The translations under genes and the position numbers were made by a program. A stretch of 63,700 bases of DNA, the filler included, from an uncultured Methanosarcinales archaeon (GTDB lineage: Archaea > Nanobdellota > Nanobdellia > Woesearchaeales > UBA12501): assembly GCA_964397315.1 (NCBI GenBank). It is 4 parts of 4 records of this genome, joined end to end, with 100 filler letters (N's around TTAATTAATTAA, not from the genome) between each part and the next. Parts side by side here need not be neighbours in the genome. Positions count along the whole stretch, not along the records: positions 1 to 19,335 come from CAYNHV010000024.1; 3 more parts are not named here. One strand, written 5' to 3'. Under the pieces are notes generated by a model. It searched no databases. It saw nothing but the letters and a program-made list of their open reading frames with translations, and was not told the origin of the DNA. This document shows, in pieces, positions 1-8,511 of the stretch (positions are counted from its first letter, which is position 1; the number at the start of each line of letters is the position of its first letter).

Positions 1-55
1 AGTTTAAAAATGACCTATATCCTGCAGAAGTGAGAACTAATTTCGGACTTATTCA
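1..55. repeat. 55-bp contig-end sequence, exact reverse complement of 56930-56984 (probable end of a multicopy/IS-like element)
   Basis: AGTTTAAAAATGACC...GGACTTATTCA matches the reverse complement of 56930-56984 exactly; both copies are at contig termini. Confidence 0.9.
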
Positions 56-119
56 TATGCAGCACTGCCCCTCTCCTTATTCTGCTCTCCTTGTTCTGGC
101 GTGGATTTAGAGGTTAAAG

Positions 120-243
120 GGCGGCTAGCGGGACTTTCACCCTGCCTGAGGCCCTGCTCAGGGCTTAGGGAATTGAACCCGCTCCTGGGGATGTCTGCAG
201 ATGATTCCACAGTCCCCCACGCTGCCATTACGCTATAGCCGCC
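120..243 (-). tRNA. tRNA-His(GUG) with two introns (37/38: 193-206; 59/60: 134-171), genomic G-1
   Basis: Acceptor GCGGCTA/TAGCCGC, discriminator C, anticodon arm GGGGA-CTGTGG..A-TCCCC, T arm GCGGG-TTCAAT|T-CCCGC; bulge-helix motifs at both junctions. Confidence 0.9.
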
Positions 244-347
244 GTAAGCGCCTTATTCAGGCAAAATAGCCTCTAATCAGGCTGGTTTTTAAAGCTTTTG
301 GAGATCTTGTTAAACCCTCTTGTGATTCTGTCCTGCCTGGCAAGGCT

Positions 348-890
348 TTAAGAGCTCTTTTTAGGCCTGTTTTTCTTCAGCCTTCTCCTTGCTTCCCTGA
401 ATTCAGATATGATATAAGGGACAAGGAAAGCGCATATGTATGCCAGGCTTATCAGCACAGGATTCTCATGGCCTGCAATGCCGAGGGTTTGTGAAAGGCT
501 GTTGCCTATGCTTACCATCACAAAAACATTTATGAGGGCTACGGAGGGTATGAATATGGCTGCAACGACATGGTGCTTTGTTTCAATGTGCTCTACATCC
601 CTTATCACAAGGTTGAAGAGCAGGCCCAGCACGAGCCCCATCACAGCCACTATCATTCCCAGCTGGTACGGCTTCAGCACAAGAAGAAAAGGTATCAGAA
701 CTATTGACACGAGAAAGTTTGCCACAGTGAGCACAAGAAGAGTTGTCCAGTAGACAACCTTGTTCATCTCTTTCTTGTATTCTATGTGCTTCTCCTCTTT
801 TTCAGGCGAGTAGACTTTGTTCAGGGCGTTTTTTATCTCTTCCTCGCTCCATCCCTTTTCTCTCATCCTTTCAGCAAGTGATTCCGGCAT
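348..890 (-). CDS. hypothetical multi-pass membrane protein
   Basis: 180-aa ORF with ~4 hydrophobic segments and a TATA-like sequence upstream. Confidence 0.75.
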   Translation of the reverse strand: MPESLAERMREKGWSEEEIKNALNKVYSPEKEEKHIEYKKEMNKVVYWTTLLVLTVANFLVSIVLIPFLLVLKPYQLGMIVAVMGLVLGLLFNLVIRDVEHIETKHHVVAAIFIPSVALINVFVMVSIGNSLSQTLGIAGHENPVLISLAYICAFLVPYIISEFREARRRLKKNRPKKSS

Positions 891-949
891 TTTTCCCTCT
901 TTTTTCTTTTCCAGGCTTCCTGGATTAAATATTTTTCTGCGTTATCTTG

Positions 950-1696
950 TCAACGCCGGCTTTCATCTCTTATGCTCGGCGTGTAATCCTGGCCCATCAT
1001 CATTGCAGCTACCCGCTTAAACCCTAATGCAGCAGGGGATTCAGGATACAGGTAGACAAGAGGCTGCCTTGCGAATATTGATCTGGGAATGCTTATATCA
1101 TAGGGTATCGTTCCTATGAGGGGCTTTTCCAGCATGGCCTCTATGTTTTTTACTTCCATATCAGCATCTGAGTCAGAGTGCCTGTTTATTATGAATCCGG
1201 CAACTCTTATTCCGCTGTCCTCAGCCAGTCTTATTGTTTTCATGGTGTCAGTGACAGAAGGCGCGTCAGGTGTTGTAACCGCCACGAGCTCGTCTGCAGA
1301 TCTTATGACTTCCCTCACCTCACCCCCTATGCCAGCTCCTGTGTCTATGAGAACAAGGTCTGTGGTTCCTACTATGTCCAGCAGGAAGTTCTTGAAATTC
1401 CTGAACTCTCCGACCTGCCTGAACATCTCAAGTGAGATGCTGCCAGGGATTATTCTCAGGCCTGAATGGTGAAGGTATGCGGCTTCTGTTATGTGAATCT
1501 TTCCTGCCAGGACATCATGCAGCGTGTGCTGAACCATTGGGGTGCCCAGGTGCATGCTTATGTTGGGCTGGGATATGTTGCCGTCAAGCACCACGACATC
1601 CTTTCCGAAGTTTGCGAGGGCAGTTCCCAGGTTTATTGCTGCGGTTGTTTTTCCCACCCCTCCCTTTGCGGATGCTATCGCGATGAATCTTGTCAT
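950..1696 (-). CDS. minD: cell division ATPase MinD family
   Basis: Deviant Walker A KGGVGKTT, DTGAG, VTTPD motifs. Confidence 0.9.
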   Translation of the reverse strand: MTRFIAIASAKGGVGKTTAAINLGTALANFGKDVVVLDGNISQPNISMHLGTPMVQHTLHDVLAGKIHITEAAYLHHSGLRIIPGSISLEMFRQVGEFRNFKNFLLDIVGTTDLVLIDTGAGIGGEVREVIRSADELVAVTTPDAPSVTDTMKTIRLAEDSGIRVAGFIINRHSDSDADMEVKNIEAMLEKPLIGTIPYDISIPRSIFARQPLVYLYPESPAALGFKRVAAMMMGQDYTPSIRDESRR

Positions 1697-2148
1697 TCTT
1701 CCCCCTGTATGGCGCTCTCCATATGCTCAAAATAGCTTTTCACTGTCTTGTAATACTCTGTTATGTTGTCTATGTTAATCTCCACGTTCCCCTCATCAAG
1801 CTTGGCTGTCATCGTGACGTGCCTTCTGAACTCCCTTGCCCTGTCAAAAGGCGCCCGGTTTATCTTTCTCAGCTTGAGGTAGAGGTCGGTCAGTTCCCTT
1901 GTCTTTTCATCCCCGCTTTTCTCTTTCACCAGGTTGCTCTTTGCAACCGGCTGGGCAGGAACCTCCTCAATCACCTTCTGGGCCTCCATTTTTTTGAGCA
2001 GCGCGTCCAGCATGTATTCTATCGCATTGATAAGCCTTTCCAGAATACTCTTGAAAATATCGCAGGTTCTTGTATACTTAAGGCTGACATATATCAGGTG
2101 GTCCGCCCTTTTAATCTCTTCTTTTGCCTTTTCAAGACTTTCTTTCAT
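1693..2148 (-). CDS. hypothetical protein, HEPN-like helical domain
   Basis: AKEEIKRADHLIYV motif; overlaps neighbours by 4 bp (operon). Confidence 0.6.
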   Translation of the reverse strand: MKESLEKAKEEIKRADHLIYVSLKYTRTCDIFKSILERLINAIEYMLDALLKKMEAQKVIEEVPAQPVAKSNLVKEKSGDEKTRELTDLYLKLRKINRAPFDRAREFRRHVTMTAKLDEGNVEINIDNITEYYKTVKSYFEHMESAIQGEE

Positions 2149-2639
2149 TTTTGCAGATTCTTCTGTTTATCTATTATTGAGCTGACATCCTCAACAAAAG
2201 ACCTCGCTTTTGAGAGATAATCCTTCATCGGAGCGGGCTCAACTTTCCTCATGCTGTAGTCTTCCGAGCACATCACGAAAGCACCCTTTCTTGAGAACTC
2301 CACAGGGCTTTTCCTGTGAGCTGCAACCATGTTCTTGACATCCCCTATGAATTTTATGTGCTCGTTGCTTATGCCTTGCTTCCCTGCTACCTCCATCTTG
2401 AAAACATTGTACTTTGATTCAAAGTTGTCATGGAATGGAGGTATGTTCTTGTTTAACCTTTCAAAGTGAAGCAGGGCGCCCATTGAGTTTGTGAGGGCCA
2501 GGAATATGTTCTCCAGCACTGTCAGGAGAAGCCTTGGGTCGTTAAGGTGAGGGTATGTCTGCGTCAGCATATGGTCCGCTATCTTAAGATTTCTCACAGC
2601 CTTCTCCCTGAGCTCTTCGTGCCTCTCCATGGAACACAA
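2145..2639 (-). CDS. hypothetical protein, HEPN-like, paralog of the downstream gene
   Basis: AVRNLKIADHMLTQ and VEFSR resemble RADHLIYV and REFRR of 1693-2148; likely start 2630. Confidence 0.6.
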   Translation of the reverse strand: MCSMERHEELREKAVRNLKIADHMLTQTYPHLNDPRLLLTVLENIFLALTNSMGALLHFERLNKNIPPFHDNFESKYNVFKMEVAGKQGISNEHIKFIGDVKNMVAAHRKSPVEFSRKGAFVMCSEDYSMRKVEPAPMKDYLSKARSFVEDVSSIIDKQKNLQK

Positions 2640-2697
2640 ATAGGTGCTAGGATATTTAAAACTTTTGTTTGGGGCATGGTTCCTGGATTAAACGCTC

Positions 2698-3960
2698 TCA
2701 CCTGCCCTGAAACCTGAATTTGCCCTTTTTCTTCTGGATTTTAAGGTCGCTTATGCGGTGGTCGTCCATCCTGTTAATAATTATAATGAAGCTGTCAAAC
2801 CAGATCTTCTCCCCTTCTTTTGGGATTCTCCCCAGCTTTTCAAGAACAAACCCTCCAAGCGTCCTTTTTCTTGTTTGCAGGCCGAGCCTCAGGCAGTCAT
2901 TAACCTTCTGCACAGGGGTTCTCGCCTCAACAAGAGCTGTCCTGCTGTCCAGCAGCTTAAGGGGCTCTTTCCTTCTCTCATCCTCATCGTAGATTTCCCC
3001 CACTATCTCCTCAATGATGTCCTCTATTGTCACTATTCCCTGTACACTGCCGTAATCATCAACTACAATCGCAATGTGCTGCTTTTTCCTCTGGAATTCC
3101 CTAAGCAGGCAGTCTATCTTCTTTGACCCAGGGATGAACATGACCTCCCTGACAAGGCTTTTTAGGCTGGTCATGGAGTGGATGCTTTTCAGGTGTGGGA
3201 TGAGGTCCTTGACATAGAGTATGCCGATGACATTGTCCCTGTTGCCCTCATACACAGGTATCCTTGTAAACTTGTTTTTTTTGAGGAATTTCAGAAGGTC
3301 CGAGATGTTCGTGCCTGTGTTAAGCATGTACACATCCTTCTTGGGTATTATTATCTCCCTTGCTTCTGTGTCGTCAAACTGGAATATCCTGTGTATCATA
3401 TCCTTCTCTTCCTTGCCTATGCCCCCTGCCTCATGGCTTATGTTTATGATGCTCTTCAGCTCCTCCTCTGATATCTTTTGGATGTCATACCTGGCCTCGC
3501 CCGCAACCTTTGTGATGACCTTGACAAACTTGTCCAGGAAGAACGTCACAGGAAGGAATATCTTCTGCAGTATGTAAATCGGTTTTGAGACCAGGAGGGA
3601 TATCTTTTCAGCATAGACTGTTGCGAATGATTTTGGGGTTATCTCGCCGAACACGAGTATGAGCAGGGTCATGACTCCCACTGCTATGCCCGCCCCCTTG
3701 CTTCCGAAGAAATCCACTGCAATGACTGTGGCAAGGGCTGAAGCCCCGATGTTCACAAGGTTGTTTCCTATGAGTATTGTTATGAGGAGCCTGTGGGGGT
3801 CTGACTTGAGCTTCTTCAGGGTTTCAGAGCCCCTAGCTTTTTTTTCAGCAAGGTGCCTGACCCTTATGCTGCTCACGGAAAAGAAGGCTATTTCTATGCC
3901 TGAAAAGAATCCAGACAGCACAAGAAGAATCAGCAGCAGCACACCATCAATCAGGTTCAT
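2698..3960 (-). CDS. CNNM/hemolysin family protein (DUF21 + CBS + CorC)
   Basis: SGFFSGIEIA, LIGNNLVNI, FGEITPK, TRIPVY, VVDDYG, TIEDIIEEIVGEI. Confidence 0.92.
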   Translation of the reverse strand: MNLIDGVLLLILLVLSGFFSGIEIAFFSVSSIRVRHLAEKKARGSETLKKLKSDPHRLLITILIGNNLVNIGASALATVIAVDFFGSKGAGIAVGVMTLLILVFGEITPKSFATVYAEKISLLVSKPIYILQKIFLPVTFFLDKFVKVITKVAGEARYDIQKISEEELKSIINISHEAGGIGKEEKDMIHRIFQFDDTEAREIIIPKKDVYMLNTGTNISDLLKFLKKNKFTRIPVYEGNRDNVIGILYVKDLIPHLKSIHSMTSLKSLVREVMFIPGSKKIDCLLREFQRKKQHIAIVVDDYGSVQGIVTIEDIIEEIVGEIYDEDERRKEPLKLLDSRTALVEARTPVQKVNDCLRLGLQTRKRTLGGFVLEKLGRIPKEGEKIWFDSFIIIINRMDDHRISDLKIQKKKGKFRFQGR

Positions 3961-3969
3961 CTTGCAAAT

Positions 3970-4308
3970 TCATTCCTTTAGTTTTATTATTGCTTCAGCA
4001 ATATCCCCTTTTGTCTCCTTCAGGGCTTTCTCAGCGTCTTCTTCAGAGGCTCCGGTCTGCTCTGCCACAGTGCTTATGTCCTCGCTGCTTATCTCTGAGC
4101 CCCCTGACCTTTCCCTCTCATGAACACTCCCCATGACCTGGAATGTCTCCTGGCCCATCATGTTGACCTTGCTGACCTGGGGCTCTGTGATGACAAGCTC
4201 CTTGTCTTTTGTTTTTATTATGACCTCTTCTGCCTCAATCTCGGTCTGCTGGACCCCCATCTTTTTCATGGCCTGTTTCATCATCCGGGGATTCATTCCT
4301 GGCATCAT
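3970..4308 (-). CDS. nac: nascent polypeptide-associated complex protein
   Basis: MNPRMMKQAMKKMG N-terminus and C-terminal UBA-like GDIAEAI. Confidence 0.92.
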   Translation of the reverse strand: MMPGMNPRMMKQAMKKMGVQQTEIEAEEVIIKTKDKELVITEPQVSKVNMMGQETFQVMGSVHERERSGGSEISSEDISTVAEQTGASEEDAEKALKETKGDIAEAIIKLKE

Positions 4309-4330
4309 GTTAAGATTCCCTCTCCTTCAT

Positions 4331-4507
4331 TTACGGCAGCCCCACAATTGCATTTCCCTGCCAGTGCAGGAGCAGCACTATGACCACTATGACCACTACT
4401 ATTATTATGACATGGCCTGGCTTGAAGGCAATCTTTGACTTGTACTCATCAAAATACCTTACAAGCCCCCCCATTCCAGAGGGCATCTGAACCTTGTCTT
4501 TTGCCAT
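4331..4507 (-). CDS. secG: preprotein translocase Sec61beta/SecG subunit (58 aa, absent from ORF track)
   Basis: Manual translation MAKDKVQMPSGMGGLVRYFDEYKSKIAFKPGHVIIIVVVIVVIVLLLHWQGNAIVGLP; GLVRYFDE motif plus TM helix. Confidence 0.9.
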   Translation of the reverse strand: MAKDKVQMPSGMGGLVRYFDEYKSKIAFKPGHVIIIVVVIVVIVLLLHWQGNAIVGLP

Positions 4508-4586
4508 TTTACTGCCTCTTGTGTTTTTAAAGGTGAGATTTTTATTATTTAAATCTTTGCTTATGCAGAGTGTTTTAATAATGATA

Positions 4587-4932
4587 TGTAGGGTCGGGAT
4601 AAGCCGCCTTCTGTCACAGCCGAACAGGCAGCTTTATTGCAGCCTGCGATGCTGTGTCCTGACATTCTACTAAGCGTCTTAATGACTTGCACAAGCCGGG
4701 GCTCGCCGTTTCAACCCTTCCTGACAGCATGCTCAGCTGGTTATCTCAGCTGTGTCGCCACAGCCTTCGCAAGCATCACAGCGCCTGCCAGGTGGTATCG
4801 TTTCTGAGCGGTTGCCTCCTGTTTCCAGGACTTACGCCCTCTGGGGGCAAAAGCAGCCGATTATAGTGGGCGGACTTTCCTCAGCAGAAATGCTATTCAG
4901 CATTCCACCGCCAGTCAGGTCCCAACCCTACA
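4587..4932 (-). ncRNA. rnpB: RNase P RNA
   Basis: Minus strand has GAGGAAAGTCC and ACAGAAGGCGGCTTAT conserved regions, closed by terminal helix GTAGGGTTGGGA/TCCCGACCCTAC. Confidence 0.92.
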
Positions 4933-4987
4933 ATACTGGCTTATGAGAGGTCCTTTATAAATATTGCTTTTAATCGTGCCGTGCTTC

Positions 4988-6133
4988 TTATCCTATGCTT
5001 TGCTTTTCCAGAAGCAGAATCATGAGGGGTTTCCTGCCCTGGGCTGTCTGGATTGTGGTTTTCAGCCTGAATCTGCGCTCTTCAGCATTTCTCATGATGC
5101 TGTCTGATGTTTTTTCTGTGTCGCAGACAAGCGCCATGATGCCCCCCCTTTTCAGGACATACTCTGACTGGTGGAACAGCTCTTTGTGGGCTTTCTCTGC
5201 ATCTTTTTTCTCCCTCTCTGTTATCTGGGGAGGATAGGTGGCTATTATGTCAGCGCTTTCCCTCTTTAGCCTTGTGTCCAGCCAGTCAGGCCCGGCCCTT
5301 GTTATGCTTATTTTCCGGTCCACTATTGCAATCCTTGCGTTGTTCTGGGCAGCCCTTGCATAGCCTGCTGAGCTTTCAAGGCCGTGTATGCTCGTGCCAG
5401 CAGTTAGCTCTGCTTTCCTGTCTATGCTGCTGAAGAACTCGCTGAAGTCAGCGCCCTCAATGCATTTGAAGTTCAGGAATGAGAACCGTTCCTTGTTGTA
5501 ATAATTGACAGGGAGCCTGCAGGCATAAAGGGCAGCTTCTATGAGTATTGTGCCTGAGCCGCAGAACGGGTCAACAATTGTCTTTTCCCTTCTGTAGCCT
5601 GCTGCGCGGAGCAGGCAGTAGGCGAGTGTTGCCTTGAGCTGGCTCCTGTAGTTGAATATCCTGTAATGCCTCTTGCTGAGGTCAAAGCCTGAGAAATCAA
5701 CCCCTATGTAGCACCTTCTTCCGCATATGTATGCGTAGATTATTATGTCAGGCCTGTCAAGATTCACTCTTCCCCTTATATGCCTGCCTATTCCATCCTC
5801 AATCTCGCTGCTGGTGAAATCATGCTCCCCTTCTCTCCTGCACGTTACCCTGAATGATTTTCCTTCTGTTATGAAGTCAGAGAAGTCAATGCCTTTTGCT
5901 GCGCTGAATATCTCCTCCTTGCTTTTGAATTCCAGGCTTTTCCTGAGGAGGAGAACCCTTGAGACTGACTGGGCGGTGTAGCAGAGCGTACACAGGTCCA
6001 GATGCTCTTTTGCATCAAAGAGGATTACAGACTCTCCTGTGGTTATGCTCTTGGCATTTTTTCCCAGAATCTCTCTTATCTCCCCTGCTGAGACCTGCTC
6101 AAGTCCCCCATGGGTTATTGCCAGCGCTTTCAT
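4988..6133 (-). CDS. THUMP-domain RNA methyltransferase (Trm14/RlmL-like)
   Basis: THUMP N-terminus, DLSKRHYR, DPFCGSGTILIEAA. Confidence 0.85.
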   Translation of the reverse strand: MKALAITHGGLEQVSAGEIREILGKNAKSITTGESVILFDAKEHLDLCTLCYTAQSVSRVLLLRKSLEFKSKEEIFSAAKGIDFSDFITEGKSFRVTCRREGEHDFTSSEIEDGIGRHIRGRVNLDRPDIIIYAYICGRRCYIGVDFSGFDLSKRHYRIFNYRSQLKATLAYCLLRAAGYRREKTIVDPFCGSGTILIEAALYACRLPVNYYNKERFSFLNFKCIEGADFSEFFSSIDRKAELTAGTSIHGLESSAGYARAAQNNARIAIVDRKISITRAGPDWLDTRLKRESADIIATYPPQITEREKKDAEKAHKELFHQSEYVLKRGGIMALVCDTEKTSDSIMRNAEERRFRLKTTIQTAQGRKPLMILLLEKQSIG

Positions 6134-6181
6134 ATCAGGTTAGTTTTACAGAGAATATTTAAATTTGGCGGTTGCCTATTA

Positions 6182-6421
6182 TTTCCACAAAGCCGAAAAC
6201 TGCAAACCTTCAGGTTGCAGATGAAGGCTTTTGGAAACCTCAGAAATGCTTATGCATTTCTGACGGTGCTGAAAACCTTCGGTTTTCCGCATCCTAAAAA
6301 TCCGATATAAGATGCAATCGCCGTCAAACTGAAACAACAGAAAATATTTCATATTTTCTTAGTTCCAAAACCTTTGGTTTTGAAACCTTTATGTTTCAGT
6401 TAGGCGATTGCTCGGATTTTT
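6182..6421. repeat. branched cluster of short palindromes (REP/MITE-like)
   Basis: TCAGAAATGC/GCATTTCTGA, GAAAACC-TTC-GGTTTTC, CAAAACC-TTT-GGTTTTG; longer-range arms AAAAATCCGA/TCGGATTTTT and GCAATCGCC/GGCGATTGC. Confidence 0.7.
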
Positions 6422-7430
6422 ATGATTTTTTAGGGGTGTAATTTTCGTAAGCGCCTTTGCATTCGCTTAGTATCTCCTCTCTTTTTTCTGGGCTTTCTAT
6501 CCCCCTCTCTCTTATGATGTGTTTTACCTCATCCTCAAAAAAAACAATCGCCATTCCTTCATCCCCGACATCACCGCGTTTAACACTGCGGAACAAGTCC
6601 CTTATTATTATAAAATCCTTTTCAGGCAGGCTGTGGTCTTCTGGTTTTGTCGCTTCAGCATACATTGCAATGTTGTCTGTCCTGTCCACTAATGCATCCT
6701 GGTCGCCGCAATCGTTGAACATTCTAGCAAGGGTATAAGCTGCTGCGCTGTAAAGATCCGCTGCCCCCTCATCTTTTCCGCTTGGTTCTCCTGGCGGGTA
6801 TTTGCTATTGGCTGGAGATGCTTCTACAGCCTTTTCTTCAGTGCTATAGCTGTCCCTGTTCCCTGAACCCCTCACTTCCTGCTTCAATAATCGGTTTATT
6901 TCACTAAGGATGTCCTTTATGGGGGTTTCAGGAGGCAGGCCGGTTGCGCTTGAGAGGCCTCTTTTTATTGGCTCAATCTTTCTCTGGTAATCCTTGGCTG
7001 CTTCCTTGTATCCCTGCTTGTATCCTTCTCCTCTGGCTGATTCTATTGCCTGCTCCAACCTCTGGAGACCTTTTTCATAATCCTGTTCAGTGGGCTTGTC
7101 AGGCTCCTTAACTTTCAGGTAGCTTCTGCCTGTTGATATCTTAATCTCTTCAGGATAGTCTTCACCGAATAGGGGGCTTCCTGAGCTTTTAATTTTGCAT
7201 TTAACATCCTTATGGGAGATGTTCTTTTGGTCTTCTCTTGCATAAACTCTTCCATCCATGGAGAAGGCGCCCTGGCTGTCAATTATGTGGGAGACCCCCA
7301 TGAGGCTGACAGGAAACCCTATCTCATTTCCTCTGAGGGTTATCTCTCTTCCATTCAGCAATCTTCTTTCCAGGTCTATGTCAACACTAGCTTTTCTCTC
7401 CCCATCCCCACTGCCTTTAGTTGCCATATC
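6420..7430 (-). CDS. hypothetical protein
   Basis: Long ORF; likely start MATKG downstream of TTTAAATA box; no recognisable family. Confidence 0.7.
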   Translation of the reverse strand, partial: DMATKGSGDGERKASVDIDLERRLLNGREITLRGNEIGFPVSLMGVSHIIDSQGAFSMDGRVYAREDQKNISHKDVKCKIKSSGSPLFGEDYPEEIKISTGRSYLKVKEPDKPTEQDYEKGLQRLEQAIESARGEGYKQGYKEAAKDYQRKIEPIKRGLSSATGLPPETPIKDILSEINRLLKQEVRGSGNRDSYSTEEKAVEASPANSKYPPGEPSGKDEGAADLYSAAAYTLARMFNDCGDQDALVDRTDNIAMYAEATKPEDHSLPEKDFIIIRDLFRSVKRGDVGDEGMAIVFFEDEVKHIIRERGIESPEKREEILSECKGAYENYTPKKS

Positions 7431-7557
7431 TCCTGTTGTGATAATACAATATTTAAATCTTTCTTTCTTCACTATTTTGGAGTAGTATTGGTGTTGTGGC
7501 GTTCTCCTGCAGGGAGCCTCTGCTGGCTCAAAAGCAACAATCTAAAGAAAACACTGC

Positions 7558-8472
7558 CTATGCGCTGCTTCCATGGCCTGCATGGGACATCTGATGGTGC
7601 CTTCTGGCCTGTTTCAGAGCCAGCCTTCTCTTTCTCCTGATCTCCCTGGAGCCATAATTGTAAAGGGTGAAGCCAAGAGCGAACATGAGCAGAGCGGCTA
7701 TGAAGGTTTCCCTGGCCATGTACCATGTGAAAGCGAACAGCTTGAGTATGTTCTCCCCATAGAGCAGGCTTGCTATGGCCTCCACAGCAAATATTCTTAT
7801 GATTGCATAATATATGAGGCTGAACCATCCCACGAACACCATGAACTTTCCTGCAAGGAAAAGGGGAACCGGCTTTCTTCCAAGGGATTTTGTGACATAA
7901 TATATCATTGAGCCGAAGATCAGGGAGAAAAATCCGATCAGGAAAAGCAGGCCCATCATGTTCCACAACAAGACCCCTGAGCTTGCCTGGTTGAACGCGA
8001 GCTGTGTCGACACGAGCTTGGCTTTCACGAGAAGGTCGTTGAGGGAATTAACAGTGAGTATCTGGATGAACACAACAGCCACAACACCCACTATTCCCGG
8101 CACGAGTATTATCTTGCCCATGTCCTTTATAAACTCTTCTTTTGATGACAGGGTCATTATCTTTATGACAATGCCGATTAAGCAGAGCGTAACCCCGATG
8201 ATAACAGCCCATGACTGGTGCTGCTGTATGAAGCTGAAGGGGAATGTGTTTGATATTGTGCTGACCATGAGAGAGACCTCTGACTCAGAGCTTGACAGGC
8301 CAACGTTCTGGCCCAGGATTCTCATGGCCTCAACCCACTTGTCCTTTATGTTGAAGTAGGTGATGCCGCTCATGACAAGGAGAATGGCCAGGCCTGCCTC
8401 CATGATCTCGTCTATAAGCTCCCCTCCGAGAAATTCAGTCAATGCCCCTCTCCTGTTTCTAAGGATTTTCAT
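7558..8472 (-). CDS. hypothetical integral membrane protein
   Basis: 304 aa with ~6 TM segments; N-terminal RNRRG-ALTE resembles a class III signal. Confidence 0.75.
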   Translation of the reverse strand: MKILRNRRGALTEFLGGELIDEIMEAGLAILLVMSGITYFNIKDKWVEAMRILGQNVGLSSSESEVSLMVSTISNTFPFSFIQQHQSWAVIIGVTLCLIGIVIKIMTLSSKEEFIKDMGKIILVPGIVGVVAVVFIQILTVNSLNDLLVKAKLVSTQLAFNQASSGVLLWNMMGLLFLIGFFSLIFGSMIYYVTKSLGRKPVPLFLAGKFMVFVGWFSLIYYAIIRIFAVEAIASLLYGENILKLFAFTWYMARETFIAALLMFALGFTLYNYGSREIRRKRRLALKQARRHHQMSHAGHGSSA

Positions 8473-8511
8473 AATAATAAGAATATGGGGTTAGTTTATA
8501 TTATTTTTGGT

